This document shows, one piece after another, positions 42,501 to 54,500 of a DNA stretch of 64,000 bases; the first letter of the stretch is position 1; every line of letters starts with the position of its first letter. The stretch lies in NCBI GenBank assembly GCA_964187785.1, contig OZ076409.1, positions 17,424,001-17,488,000 on the forward strand. Direction: 5' to 3'. Below the pieces are notes generated by a model, which searched no databases, had not been told where the DNA came from, and worked only from the letters and a program-made list of their open reading frames with translations. The position numbers were made by a program, and so were the translations under genes. The DNA comes from Amphiscolops sp. MND2022 (Eukaryota).

Positions 42501-45500
42501 CTTTTTCAAATTTAAAAGCGACCGCCGACTAAAAATGAGTCTTCAAAAATAATTTGAAAGTTTTCTAATTTAATCTTGCATCCATAATATGGCTTGTTCC
42601 AATGACCCCGAATTGAATAGTCGAAAAGTGCTGAATTAGATTCTTAAATTATTACAGTCTTGAATTTTTATGCCGTAGAAACCAAAAAAGTTCTCATTTG
42701 AATAAACACACGGTATTGTACTCAAATAGTTTTTGCCTAGATCCCTCTGGCCTACTTCGTTGAGAGTGACGTCATTACTTCGAGTAATCTGCAATGTCTT
42801 GCGGACTCACAGAACAGTCAGTGCGAAGTTCACGTGGAAAACGCAGAGGTCGCTTCTGTTGATGAAAAGTCTTCTTTTGTCGAGTTGAGATTGAAGAATG
42901 GCGAAACAATTTCGACCAGTTTACTTGTAGGGGCAGAGGGTTTTAATTCACCCGTTCGGAATTTATGCAAAATGGATTGGTATACCTACCTGTACAAGCA
43001 CCACGCTTTGGTGGGAACCTTGGGAATTGAGTGCCCCGAAAACAATCACACCGCGTGGCAACGTTTCTTGAAATTTGGGCCTATTGCATCTTTGCCTTTA
43101 TCACAAAATGCAAGCTCGCTCGTTCTTTTCGCTGACAAAGATTATTTACAAGAACTCATGTCCAAACCCGAAAATGAGATTGTTGAAACCTTGAATGACC
43201 ACTGGACCAATGAAGACAATGAGATTAATGAAAGACTGGACGATATACTGGAAATGTTTTCGAAGATATGTAAAACAGGCTTTAACGCAGAAGCTGAAAA
43301 CTTCAAAACAGGAGCTCCAAAACCTCCAAAGATTGTTTCCGTTGACAAATCCTCACTTGCAACTTTTCCGGTGGGTTTCGGACATGCGGTGCATTATGTA
43401 AAACCAAACGTTGCTCTGGTGGGCGATGCGGCGCACAGAATTCACCCGTTGGCAGGACAAGGGGCCAATTTGAGTCTTTCTGACTGTTTGTTGCTTTTCA
43501 ACAAAGTAGAAGAAGCCCTGAAGTGTGGAGAAACACCAGGAAAAGTGGCGATTCTATTGGAATATGAAAGGGCAGCACAGAGACATAATCTGCCGGTGCA
43601 GCTTTTTTGTGATTTAATTTACAGAGTTTACGGCTCCTCGGCTGCTCCCGTTGTGCTAGCAAGAACTTTGGCGGCCCAAGCTGTGCATAATTTGGACTTC
43701 ATAAATGAACTGTTTGTGGGGAAAGCATCCTTCTCCGATATTTTCAAGAAAACTGCTGCTCAAAACTGAATAATTTTGGCTTGTTATTGTAATAGTTGTT
43801 GAAAACCCCAGGCAATTTAGTTTTGCTTTAGTCATATTTTCCTGTTATTTCTTAGTGAGTTTGCATGCAGGTACCAGACATTTTCGCTTTGTTATCATTT
43901 AAAAATGCAGCGATAAATTTTGTTACCACAACTTTAAATCAACGTCACCGGGGAATGCAACCTGATGATCAGTTGATTGACTTTAATAATTGGATCACTA
44001 AATTGGGTGTGGGTACCTCGAGAAAGTCGTTGATCTTTTTGCTGCGTTTGTCGTTCTTGGACCTCTGCTGAGTGCCCATGCGCTCTTTGTCCGCCTTCAC
44101 CTGGTCTATGTCTGTCTCGAAGATGGTCTCCCTCGTGATGGCAGTCACTGCAGCTGCCCCACAAGAGGAGGCCACGGCTGCCAATAGGGGACTGTTCACT
44201 TCTGTCTCCGAGTCCTGCCAGTGGGCACCGCCGTGATTTCAATGGGCTTACAATAATAGACGATTTATTCAAATAGTTACACCTTGATGTATTTAGGTTT
44301 TTTGTTAATCGCTATAAAACCACTACTTTTAAAATTGCCAATGTGCTTTTTAAAAATGTTATCTCGTCCAGATTTTAATAGACCGTTTCTACTTTCTTCT
44401 GTCTCAAGTGTGTCTTTTTGCAGTTTTTTCAAGAGTTTTCAAGACTCGCAATTACCATTTAGTCAAAAGTATTCAAAATTCCAGACTTCGAGCTTTTTCA
44501 GGAAAAATACACTGATAAGTTACTTGGAAAATGGTTTCGCTTTTGACGGAATGATGTTCCACACTTCATTTTAGCACATTTCGCTCTGCGGTTTTTTAGA
44601 TTTTCTTGCCTAATATCGAAACTGGAGACAGTTGCAATGACCATGTACACATTTCAGTGTCAGACGGGGGGCTGTACTTTTTTATTTGGCATAGATTTTT
44701 TTTAGAAATCTAGTTTGGTTTCATAGAATTTTTGGCCGAACCAACAGTAAAAAAGCTCAAAACTTGGTGTATTTTGAACATTTCTGGTATTTCGCTCTAA
44801 AATATCCCTTAAGGGCATATCTTCCGTAACCCACTGTAAGAGACGGTTCACCAATCTCTTGACAACCGTTTGCGGATGCAAGAATGACTGGAGTTTTCAG
44901 CTTTATTTACTGGTTAACCGAAAAATTTCGTTTTTGTTTGAAAGTTGGGTTTTTTGTGTGTGTTTTTATGTTTTGTGATGTCATGTCTCCTCTGTGCAAA
45001 CTCTCCTGTATGGGAAAAAAGTGCTCAACCCTTATCAGGTGTATCGCCAAAAGCCTTGGTAAAACGAGGACGAAATCACGATGTATCCAAACTTGCAGTT
45101 TTTTTTTACAAAAATGCTGAAATCAAAGCTTTCACTGTAAATTTTATTCTGAAAATGCGGTGCCCGCCTTGGTCTTCTTTTCAGGAGCAGGGGGTAGCTT
45201 CTCTGTGATTGGCTCCTCCTGGTCTCTGAAGAAGATAGGGATTCTGAAAGGCAGTAAAAACGCAATCAACACTTGTTTCAGACTGGCTGTGAGGCCCCCC
45301 TTCCACAGGTTGTCGATCGCCACTTGCAACAGAGGGTGCGCTATGAACTCTTTTGCTTCCTAAAATACACAACATTGAATGTGAATGTTTTGGATATTTT
45401 ATACACTATTGAATGTATACCCTATATTCTTTGATTAGCTGTCGTCGCTAGTTCAGGTAGTCTTGATAGAATGAACTTCATGAAAGCCAAGTTTGAAGAA

Positions 45501-48500
45501 AAACTCGCGAAAGATTGAAAAACCATAATATGTTCCTAATTTTGTTGCCTGCCTACTTTGCGATCAGTAATGATTTCAAGTGGAAGATTCAAAAAATTAT
45601 AAACTTGGCAAAATAGACTGGGTGAAATTTTTGAGGCGCCTTGTTTTTCCCCATGGGTGAATAATAATAATATTTCCCATGGCTGAATAATAATAATAAT
45701 AATAATAATGAATGTTTCCTACGATGAATGCAGCCAAGTCCATGAGATTTGTCCTCTCGAAGCCCCTGTACTTGTAAGTGACCAGGTCAGCAGCCATCTC
45801 TCTGTTGACGTGCCAGGCGAGGTCGACCATCTCGGAAGCGAGCTTGAGGTAGTACTCGCTGTTCTGCACCATCTCCGCCCGCGTCTGCTCGTCACGAGGG
45901 GGCACCACTGTCTTGTGTGCCTCCCAAAGGCGGGAACAGATCAGTGCCAACATCAGGGGAGTCTGAAAAGGGAGACTGCACCGTCTGAAGTTGGCGTTAA
46001 TTATGCTCAGATGTGGCTTTCAAAAGATTCTGGAAAATCTCACAGTGCAGAAATTAATAGAAGGAGGCTATTCGAGCGCGAAAAAATCTTTTCCGAAGTT
46101 GAAACGTCAAAAACCAAAAATATTCAAAAAATGAAAAAGTGGCACTGTGCCGAAAAACTACATCTTATGTTTATATGGAAAGAACGGATGTGTATTGAAA
46201 TGAGTGTCCGCGTATGAAACATGAGATCAGGCAGTGCCTGTTAAGGTGTATTGGTAAATAGCGAAACGTATCTCCCAGAATATTCGACAGTGAATAACGT
46301 CCAAAACATCGAAATGGAAACAAGAGTGAGGGGGAATAGGATTTAAAGTATAAGATCTAAAATTTAGTAATATTAGATCTTATTCCCTTTAGATATTGTT
46401 CCCGTCCTGAAATTTTAGATCTTATGCCCATTTTTGACTTTAGATATTATCCCCTCCCTCTAAGCTGTTTTAGTTACTTGACTATTTTAGTTACTAGTAA
46501 CTAAAATAGTCAAGTAACTATAGGTGAGGTCGAAGAAACTGGGAGGAGATTTGGCAGAATTTGGAAAAAAAACGGAACACAGATTATGATTTTCCCTCCC
46601 CCATTATATGTGGGCGGAAAATGATAATTTGAATGTGAATACAATCGTGATCAGCTATGATCTGTACGTCCAAGTCTGTAAACACAGGAAAGAAGCAGAG
46701 AAACGTGCCATTACTGATCTAGAGGCTTGTTTTCAGAAGCGGCCCAAAAAGGAAGGCCTAGTCATACAACAAAGTTTCAAAATCTGTTTTTACTTTGGAC
46801 CGTAATTTCTTTTGAAGACCTTTTTGAATTCCAATAAACAGTCTTGGGGCGTTATTTCTTCCTACCTTGTTACGACGTATGAAGCGTGCATTCAGCGTCA
46901 ATGATGATAATAAACAAGTCGGGAACGGCATAAGTCGGCGTTATATCTAAGGCTCAAAAATAGCAAAAGGACTTCAAAGTGTCCTCTTTTACAGTACACG
47001 AAGAACCCAAAAGTTGGACCAAATTGGCACGCTAAAAGGGGGACCCTTTGGGATTTTTCAACATCCATTCTATTTTTCGGCATTGTGAGACTTTTTTTCG
47101 GAAAACTTTAAATGACTTCAAAAGGTTACCCCTTCATTTTTGTTGTTAATTTGCAACAGAATGGTTGTTAAAAAATCCCAAAGGGTCCCCCTTTTAGCGT
47201 GCCAATTTGGTCCAACTTTTGGGTTTTTCGTGTACTGTAAAAGAGGACACTTTGAAGTCCTTTTGCTATTTTTGAGCCTTAGATATGGCGCCGACTTATG
47301 TCATCCCCGGCTTGTTAAATTTTAAACTAGACACAGGTAGAACGTGATTGACCTTTGAGCGGGACCAAAAGAACTTGGACATCTCCATCTTGTCAGTGAG
47401 GATTGCCCAGATACACAGCTCCCGGAAGGGGTCTTGGAACGTTCTGAGCCCACTGTTGCTGCTCCCCTCACCCTTACTGTCGGGCAGAGTCTTGAGCTGA
47501 TGTGTGGGTCTAGCACTGGTGCAAATCTGGATCAAGTTGTACACGTGTTTGATCTTGAAGTACGGCTTGGATTTACCTGCAAAATTTAAAGCATTTGAAA
47601 CCTCGATCGAGTCTGAAAAGTAATTTGTTTTCGGTGGTTGATTTTGTTCATTCGTTTGTGATTCAGCTATCAACTAGAAGTGCTTTTAGGGCGTGCAGAA
47701 AAGATTGCGCAAATTTTCATTGTTGATTCAATTATTTACATTAGGTATTTAAATATTAGTAATTTTCGACCTTGAACTGTTTATTCCAAAATGTGCCACA
47801 ATTAGCAGTTTGAATTGTTTTTTAATCATGAACTATCAGGTGTGAAATGCCAACTTGGGCATTGCCACTGAGGTTATATATTTTCTCATGTTTTTGTTAA
47901 CAAAATTTAAAGCTGCATTTTTAACCCTAAGTGGATCATTGGTATGAATTCGTACCAGTTAGCTTCTGCAACTTTCTAAACGAACCAGCTGACCGTATGG
48001 TTAAGAAAACTCTTGAATAAGATTTTCAGACGATATTACATAGCATTGCATGCCTTTTCACGGAATATCGACATGTTGTCTCTGATAAAGAAAACGGTAC
48101 CAAAAAATCAAAAAACGTGAGCGCAGATTTTTCGTTTTTCTTGTTTTCTTGTATGACCCTGTTTTCTTTATCCAACTGGTATCAAGATTGGGTCAAAGTG
48201 GCCCTCGCATGTTTTGACACATTCTGAAATGCAGCCAGAAACACGATGCGTGCAAAGTTTTGGCGCAAAGTCCGGAGCCAATACGGCGAAGCCACTAGCG
48301 GGCCCCCAGCCCAGCAGTTTAAAAATCAAATTGAAAGCTCTGATTGTCTTCTTTCGAACGCGCTGTAAATCGTGTGACGGACTTGAATAGTTTAGGAGAT
48401 ATTGCGGTTTAAAGTTTAAGCACCAGATTTTTGGATGAATCCGGAATTTCCTGGTCCACTTAGGGTTAAAGGATTCAGGATTACTTTGTTTTACTATGTC

Positions 48501-51500
48501 TATTTTTGCATTCATATATATGTGTTTGTGCACCCTCAGTGTTGAAGTGGAGCAGGGGAAGAAATCAGTTTTTGAGAGTGGGACTAAATTTATAAGCATC
48601 AGTTTTCTAGAACAACCAGAATGACAGATTGACTGTGTTCCATGTCCTTCGATATGGCACAGGAACACAAACAGTTTCCTTACTTTCCGATGAGCTTATC
48701 GCGGAAACTAAAAAGAAATTCATCATTACTGAAACCCATTTTGAAACTCAGAGTTGAAAAATGAAAATGTGAGAAATTAACAAACTGACGTCAAGATTTC
48801 ACCAAAATTTCTGAAGCTAACGTCTTTGAGAGGAATCGGCTGTTTTGCTCTCCCCCACACATGCTGTAATAACTATATTTTACAAACAAAAAATCACTCT
48901 GTTTTGATGACGGCACAGAAATTCATTCAATCAGCTATTGAATTGAATAGCGTATAGATCCCGAAATTGTGGCTCAAAAAAGTACGGTCTTAACGTCACC
49001 CTCGACAAATTTGCAACGCCATACATCGACTCGAGAAGTTCGCTATTGTGTGACTATTGGATGCCAAATCGTGTTCAGCCAGATGAGCGCATGTGGTTTC
49101 GCAACCGCAGTTACATCTCTGCCACTAATTTGGTGAGGTTGAATTGAAAGGTCACGGGAAGCTAATTTTCTCAAGAAATATTGGTGTTGAATAAAATGAA
49201 AAACAAGACGCCCGCGGACCAGCGGAATATTTTCCGCCCCAAATCTCTTCGAAAAAGACTACTGGACAACAAATTTGTTCCTTGTTGACTCTTTTCAACA
49301 TTCCAATCTACGAAGTCTGTCGAAAATTTGACAAAAATTGCATAAAAACTTTGAAATTTGGGAAATTTTGGGTTTTTTGTCATTTTCGGTTTGAATTTGA
49401 TATATTTTTCATTTAGAAAACAGCCATTATCTCTTCGGAAAAGCATATTGGACAACGAATTCCTGCCATTCCTGTCACGTTGAGCGTTTTCAACATTCTA
49501 ATCTACGAAGTCTATCGAAAATTTGACAAAAATTGCATAAAAACGTTAAAAATCGAAAAATTTTGGAATTTTTCTATCATTTTTGGGGTAATTTTGTTTG
49601 AAAAAACGCATTTATCTCCTTAAAGAATACTATTGGACAACGAATTCGTGCCTTGTTGAACGTTTTCAACATTCTAATTCACGATGTTTATCGAAAAAAT
49701 GACAAAAATTGCATTAAAACGTTAAAAGTCAAAAAAATTGGAATTTTTGTCATTTTTTTGGTAATTTTTCTTTTAAAAACCGCATGTATATCTTCAGAAT
49801 ACTATTGGACAACGAATTCGTGCCTTGTTGAACGTTTTCAACATTCTAATCGACGATGTTTATCGAAAAAATGGCAAAAAATGCACGAAAACGGTGAAAA
49901 TTGGGAAAGTTTTGAATTTTTGTCATTTTCGGGGTCATTTTTGGGTCATTATGGGGTCATTTCCGTCATTCCCAAAAAAGTCCAAAAATTTTTACAAATA
50001 CATATCGGAATCTAGGAAAACTCGTCGAAAACAACTCGTCGAAAACAACTCGCCGAAAACAACTGGTCGAAAATACTAGGAGGAAAACTCGTCGAAAAGC
50101 AACTCGCCGAAAGGTCTTGGGCGGAAAACTCGTCGCAAGAACAGATATTAATCTCAGACAAATATCATATGATAGTCCTAACTTTGTGATCATACCGTGT
50201 TATGAAGTTCTAAATTATCATGAAGTATTACACTGTAAACTATAAAAGTGAAATATTTCAAACAATTATATATCTAAAAAAGTTATATCATGCGTAAAAC
50301 TGACAATTTCACGCATCAATTAATGAAAGTTAATCCATAATTAGCACTCGATAATCCCTGTTGCTAATCTGTTATTATTCGACGAGTTTGCACTCAATTA
50401 TTATTCAACGAGTTAATTTTCGACCAGTTTTCCGCCCTTTAATTCCGACGAGTTGTTTTCGACGAGTTGCATTCGGCGAGTTGTTTTCGACGAGTTTTCC
50501 GCATACCTACATATCGCATGGAACTAAATTGATGTCAGTTGAATTCTGTGAATGTACTTCTTCATATTACGTAAACAATATTTCTTGGCAAATTTTGTAA
50601 AAAAAACCCGTTTGATTTAAATATTTTCCTTTCCCATATGAAATATGGGCGGAAAATAAAAAACATTATCGGAGAGTTGTATCTATATTTGTGATTTGAC
50701 CGCTTAGCGTAATTCAGCTATCGCTACCGCTTTTGCTCAAAAGCGGTAGCTAGCTGTAATTGAAACATTACAATATTGAACAGCTATATTTTACATTTAA
50801 ATTTCTAGCCTGAATTATTTTGATGGTGTGTTAGAATTCACTTGTGTCTAGAATTCAAGAAAAAGTCACTATTTTTAAGTCACAAAGAATATTTAACCCC
50901 AATGGACCTAGTGATGCTTTAAAGCAGCCCACCTTTTTTTCCAAATTCTGATTCCTTTTGCCAGGAGCCCATTTTCTCTAGCACAGTTTTTTTCAACAAG
51001 TAATTGGTACCTAGATTGATTTGAATGGCACAGGCATTAGAAAAAGGGAATATATCTCCAAAGCTGAGAAAAATGGGTTTTTTGCGCGAAAAAAGAGTTA
51101 TATTTTCTCAATTCAGATTTTGACGAAATCCTGTTTTCTCAAAAGTCTTTGGTCAATAGAAAAAACCAACCACATACCCTTCCACAACAAGTCTTGGTGC
51201 AACAAACCCCTATTATATTCTGTTGTTACTACAAGCCCCCGCGCAGCGGGCCGCACGAAGTACCGGAAAAAGAGACTAAAATTCTGAAGGAAGGGGCGCG
51301 CGGCGACAGGGGCTCACCTGACCAAAATGAAAGCCCAATATCAGACCTTTCAAACGCGCTATAGTTCGTTTCTCTGGTACGCGTAGTTGTGGAGATATTG
51401 ATGATTGAAATTTTTTCGGCAAATTTTTCGAAAATTTTAAAAACCGCCCAGGTCAATTGGGGTTAAAAGAACAGCGATATTTTCGAAAAGTGATAGCGTT

Positions 51501-54500
51501 AAACTTTGGTAGCGGTCAAACCTCTGATGTTTATAGTATGATTTGAGATTGTTACCATTGCGTGCTCGTTTAAGTAGTTTCACCAGAGGGGGGTAGTTCT
51601 CACAGGCGTGGGAATATATCTTAGCCAGTTGGTCTGTAGTCAAATACTTGGCAATGTCTAATCCATGCTCCAGAAACAGTTTGATAAACTCCACTTTGTC
51701 TTCAACCAGAGCCTGAACATATGCATTCATAGATTGTGCATAGAAAAATTTGCGAAATATTACGTTACAGACATGTTGATTACCAGAAGAATATTCGTAA
51801 ACATCGTCTAGAAAAACGGTTTCAATGCGAACAATACTGCAAAATATTTTGTATAATTTTCTTGAACGTAGCTTTCATGCAATTATATGCTTCAGAGAAA
51901 CTATAATTATGAATCTAAGCGGATAAATCATGCATGCTTCCGAGAAAAAAAACGTCTTCGCAAGATATGAATTGGTTTCAAAAATCTTCTAAAAGCAGTC
52001 ATCGCGAGAATCGTCCAAGTGACGAATCATCTGTAAAGTCTTTTCTGACCATATGGTGAATGTAAGAAAACCTTGAAATTTGAAGAGTTTGGAAGTTAAA
52101 ATTAAATGGAATTTTTGTTTAACTCTGTTCAAATGTGATGAAATTGCTGAGAACAATATAACCTGAGTGACCAGCGCTTTGATGTTTTCCTTCTCATTGA
52201 TGTCGAAACCTGCTATCTTCTCTGCGAATGTCTCGATCTTGGACTCTTTTTTGCCGCCCCCTTTGGGGGGAAACTGGGCACCCGCACTTCCGGATGAGAG
52301 GTGATCCTCGACCACTTCGTCACAGCGGTTCCAGTGCACTGCCAGTTGAACTGGATCTCGTCTCCTGGCCGGTCCACTCTTCAGTAGCGCTCTCATTATG
52401 GCCACGTCTAAATACAATCATTCATCTTCCTTTTAAGTTTTATATTCTTCCAATTCAGTATCATGTGTTTCATCACGGAAATGAGATAAGAGTCAAACTC
52501 GAACATTCAATGAGGTTTCGGGCTTTGCCATAACCTTTCTACTGTTACACAAAACTAATTACGCGTCACAGAATTTAGGATTCTCAGAACGAAGTCATTA
52601 TAGTTTTTGTAAGGCAGACGTACTTGCTTGGTCTGTATGAAAATAGGAAACAGTCGTTTTTAAATATTCATCGATAGGGTTCCACGTCCATAGTTTTCTT
52701 ATATTGATGAATTTTTGCATTTGGTGATTTAATTGGATTTTGATACTTCACGTATCTTTTTTTACCTTTTTGGAGAATCATACTTTCTTGGCCAAGATGC
52801 GTTTTTTGACCCACTTTTGGTAGTTTGACGAAAGATTATGCTGTAATAACTTTACGTGAATGAACAAAGACCTGATGTATTTGTAAAAAAAAAAACATTT
52901 TCGTCCCTAGTGGTCGGACGTTTCTTTTGCACAACAATTGCGAAATTTAAAAATGCTTGTTCAATTGTAAATACTTCTTGTTCTTTTTTATTATTAATCC
53001 GATTGGCGGGATAGAGAGTGAAAGCGCTGTGCTGACCCAGATGACTGACAGACAAGTCGACTCTGTAGAAGAAGACTAGTTTTCTGTAGCGCACACACTT
53101 GCGTAAGAAGGGCAGGTGTCTAGACCCCTCGAACATCACCGCCGGGAAAATCTTGCCTTTGGTCTGCTTCGCACTGAAATTAGTTCAAAGTTCAAGGTCA
53201 TCATTATTGGCATGGGACGAGAATGCGGTAAGTTGTGATTAAACAAATTGGAAAAACCAAGAGAAATTTGTTCGAGATTATTGGCTTCAAAAAATGTTTG
53301 TGTAAACAATTCAAGTTATGCCGAATTTTAGTTGAAGCTATAAGAAATATCCACTAATATATGGGCGTCATTTTTGGTTCGTAACGGAGAACGCTGTAAG
53401 ATTTGATGACAACACTTCGTCTGGGAACATTTTGCAAAGAATGTGATTCCTAAGACTATTCTGAGATACACACCGACCTGAGATGGTGTTCCATCAATTT
53501 GACCAAAGAAGACTCTTGGTCGGCATTCAATCTGAAGTTGCTGTTTTTCTGGGACAGTCTTATTGCGACTGCAATTATGTCGGTTGCCATTCCGGACCCT
53601 TCGCATAGAATGATTGGAATTTCCCTCTCCACGGCGTTGGCAGCGCGTTCGAAGGTGTCAAAATCTCCACCAATCAGAATCAAGACAGTGGGAATGTTCA
53701 GCCCCACCCCGTTGAAATGGGAGGAGTCGGTGGGGTCGCTCTGGATCAGTTCTTCCAGAGCACTCCGGACAAACACTTCTGTGCCCTTGCTGGCATGGAT
53801 GCCACTTTCTACACCCACGAAGTTGGAACAGATGGGGTTGAAAGCAGGGAATCTTTCTCCTGGAAAAACTAACAGTTTCTGTAAAAAAAGTGATGAAACC
53901 GAAAAATTTCTCATGAAAAAATTATTCTGGGAGTATAGTATTCCTGACGATTCTTTTAATGTATTTAATTGTTCAAAATTTGTAGTTTTCCTGATTCGAA
54001 TAGTTTTCTTTCGTTTTCAAATCAATTTTTATTTATTCGAAATCTCAAGTGATCATTTTTTTGGTATCAGAAACTTCAATTACATATGTTGAAATCGATC
54101 GATTATCGCAGGTAGCATTTTTATTCTGCACTGTGCTAAGGTTTTATTGGGTATTGAACCTATCCACTGTAGATAAACAAGCTTTGCACTGCATGGAATT
54201 CATTTTGCGGCCAGAAACAGTGGTTAGCCTTTTCAATATTCGAGTCAAATACAAAAACCAGACGAATACAAAAAGCCAGTTGAAGCGAGGCGGGGTTCAA
54301 TTGGGAAATTGGGGCTGCAGATTTCACTGAATACTTTCTCAAACTGCAGTTTAGACGTTAAAAATGGGTGCCATGGCTTCCAAGTGCTTGAAGCAATGTC
54401 AAAATTGTTTATGGAGATCAAAAATAGCAAAAATTGGCAAAAATTTCATCACATAGTGCGAACTATCATTTCTCCAGAAAAATCAACATGATTTTTAAGG

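Noticed and set aside
45660..45710. (AAT)n run giving poly-Tyr in ORF 45597-45953
   Set aside because: It is an intronic microsatellite downstream of the donor at 45723.
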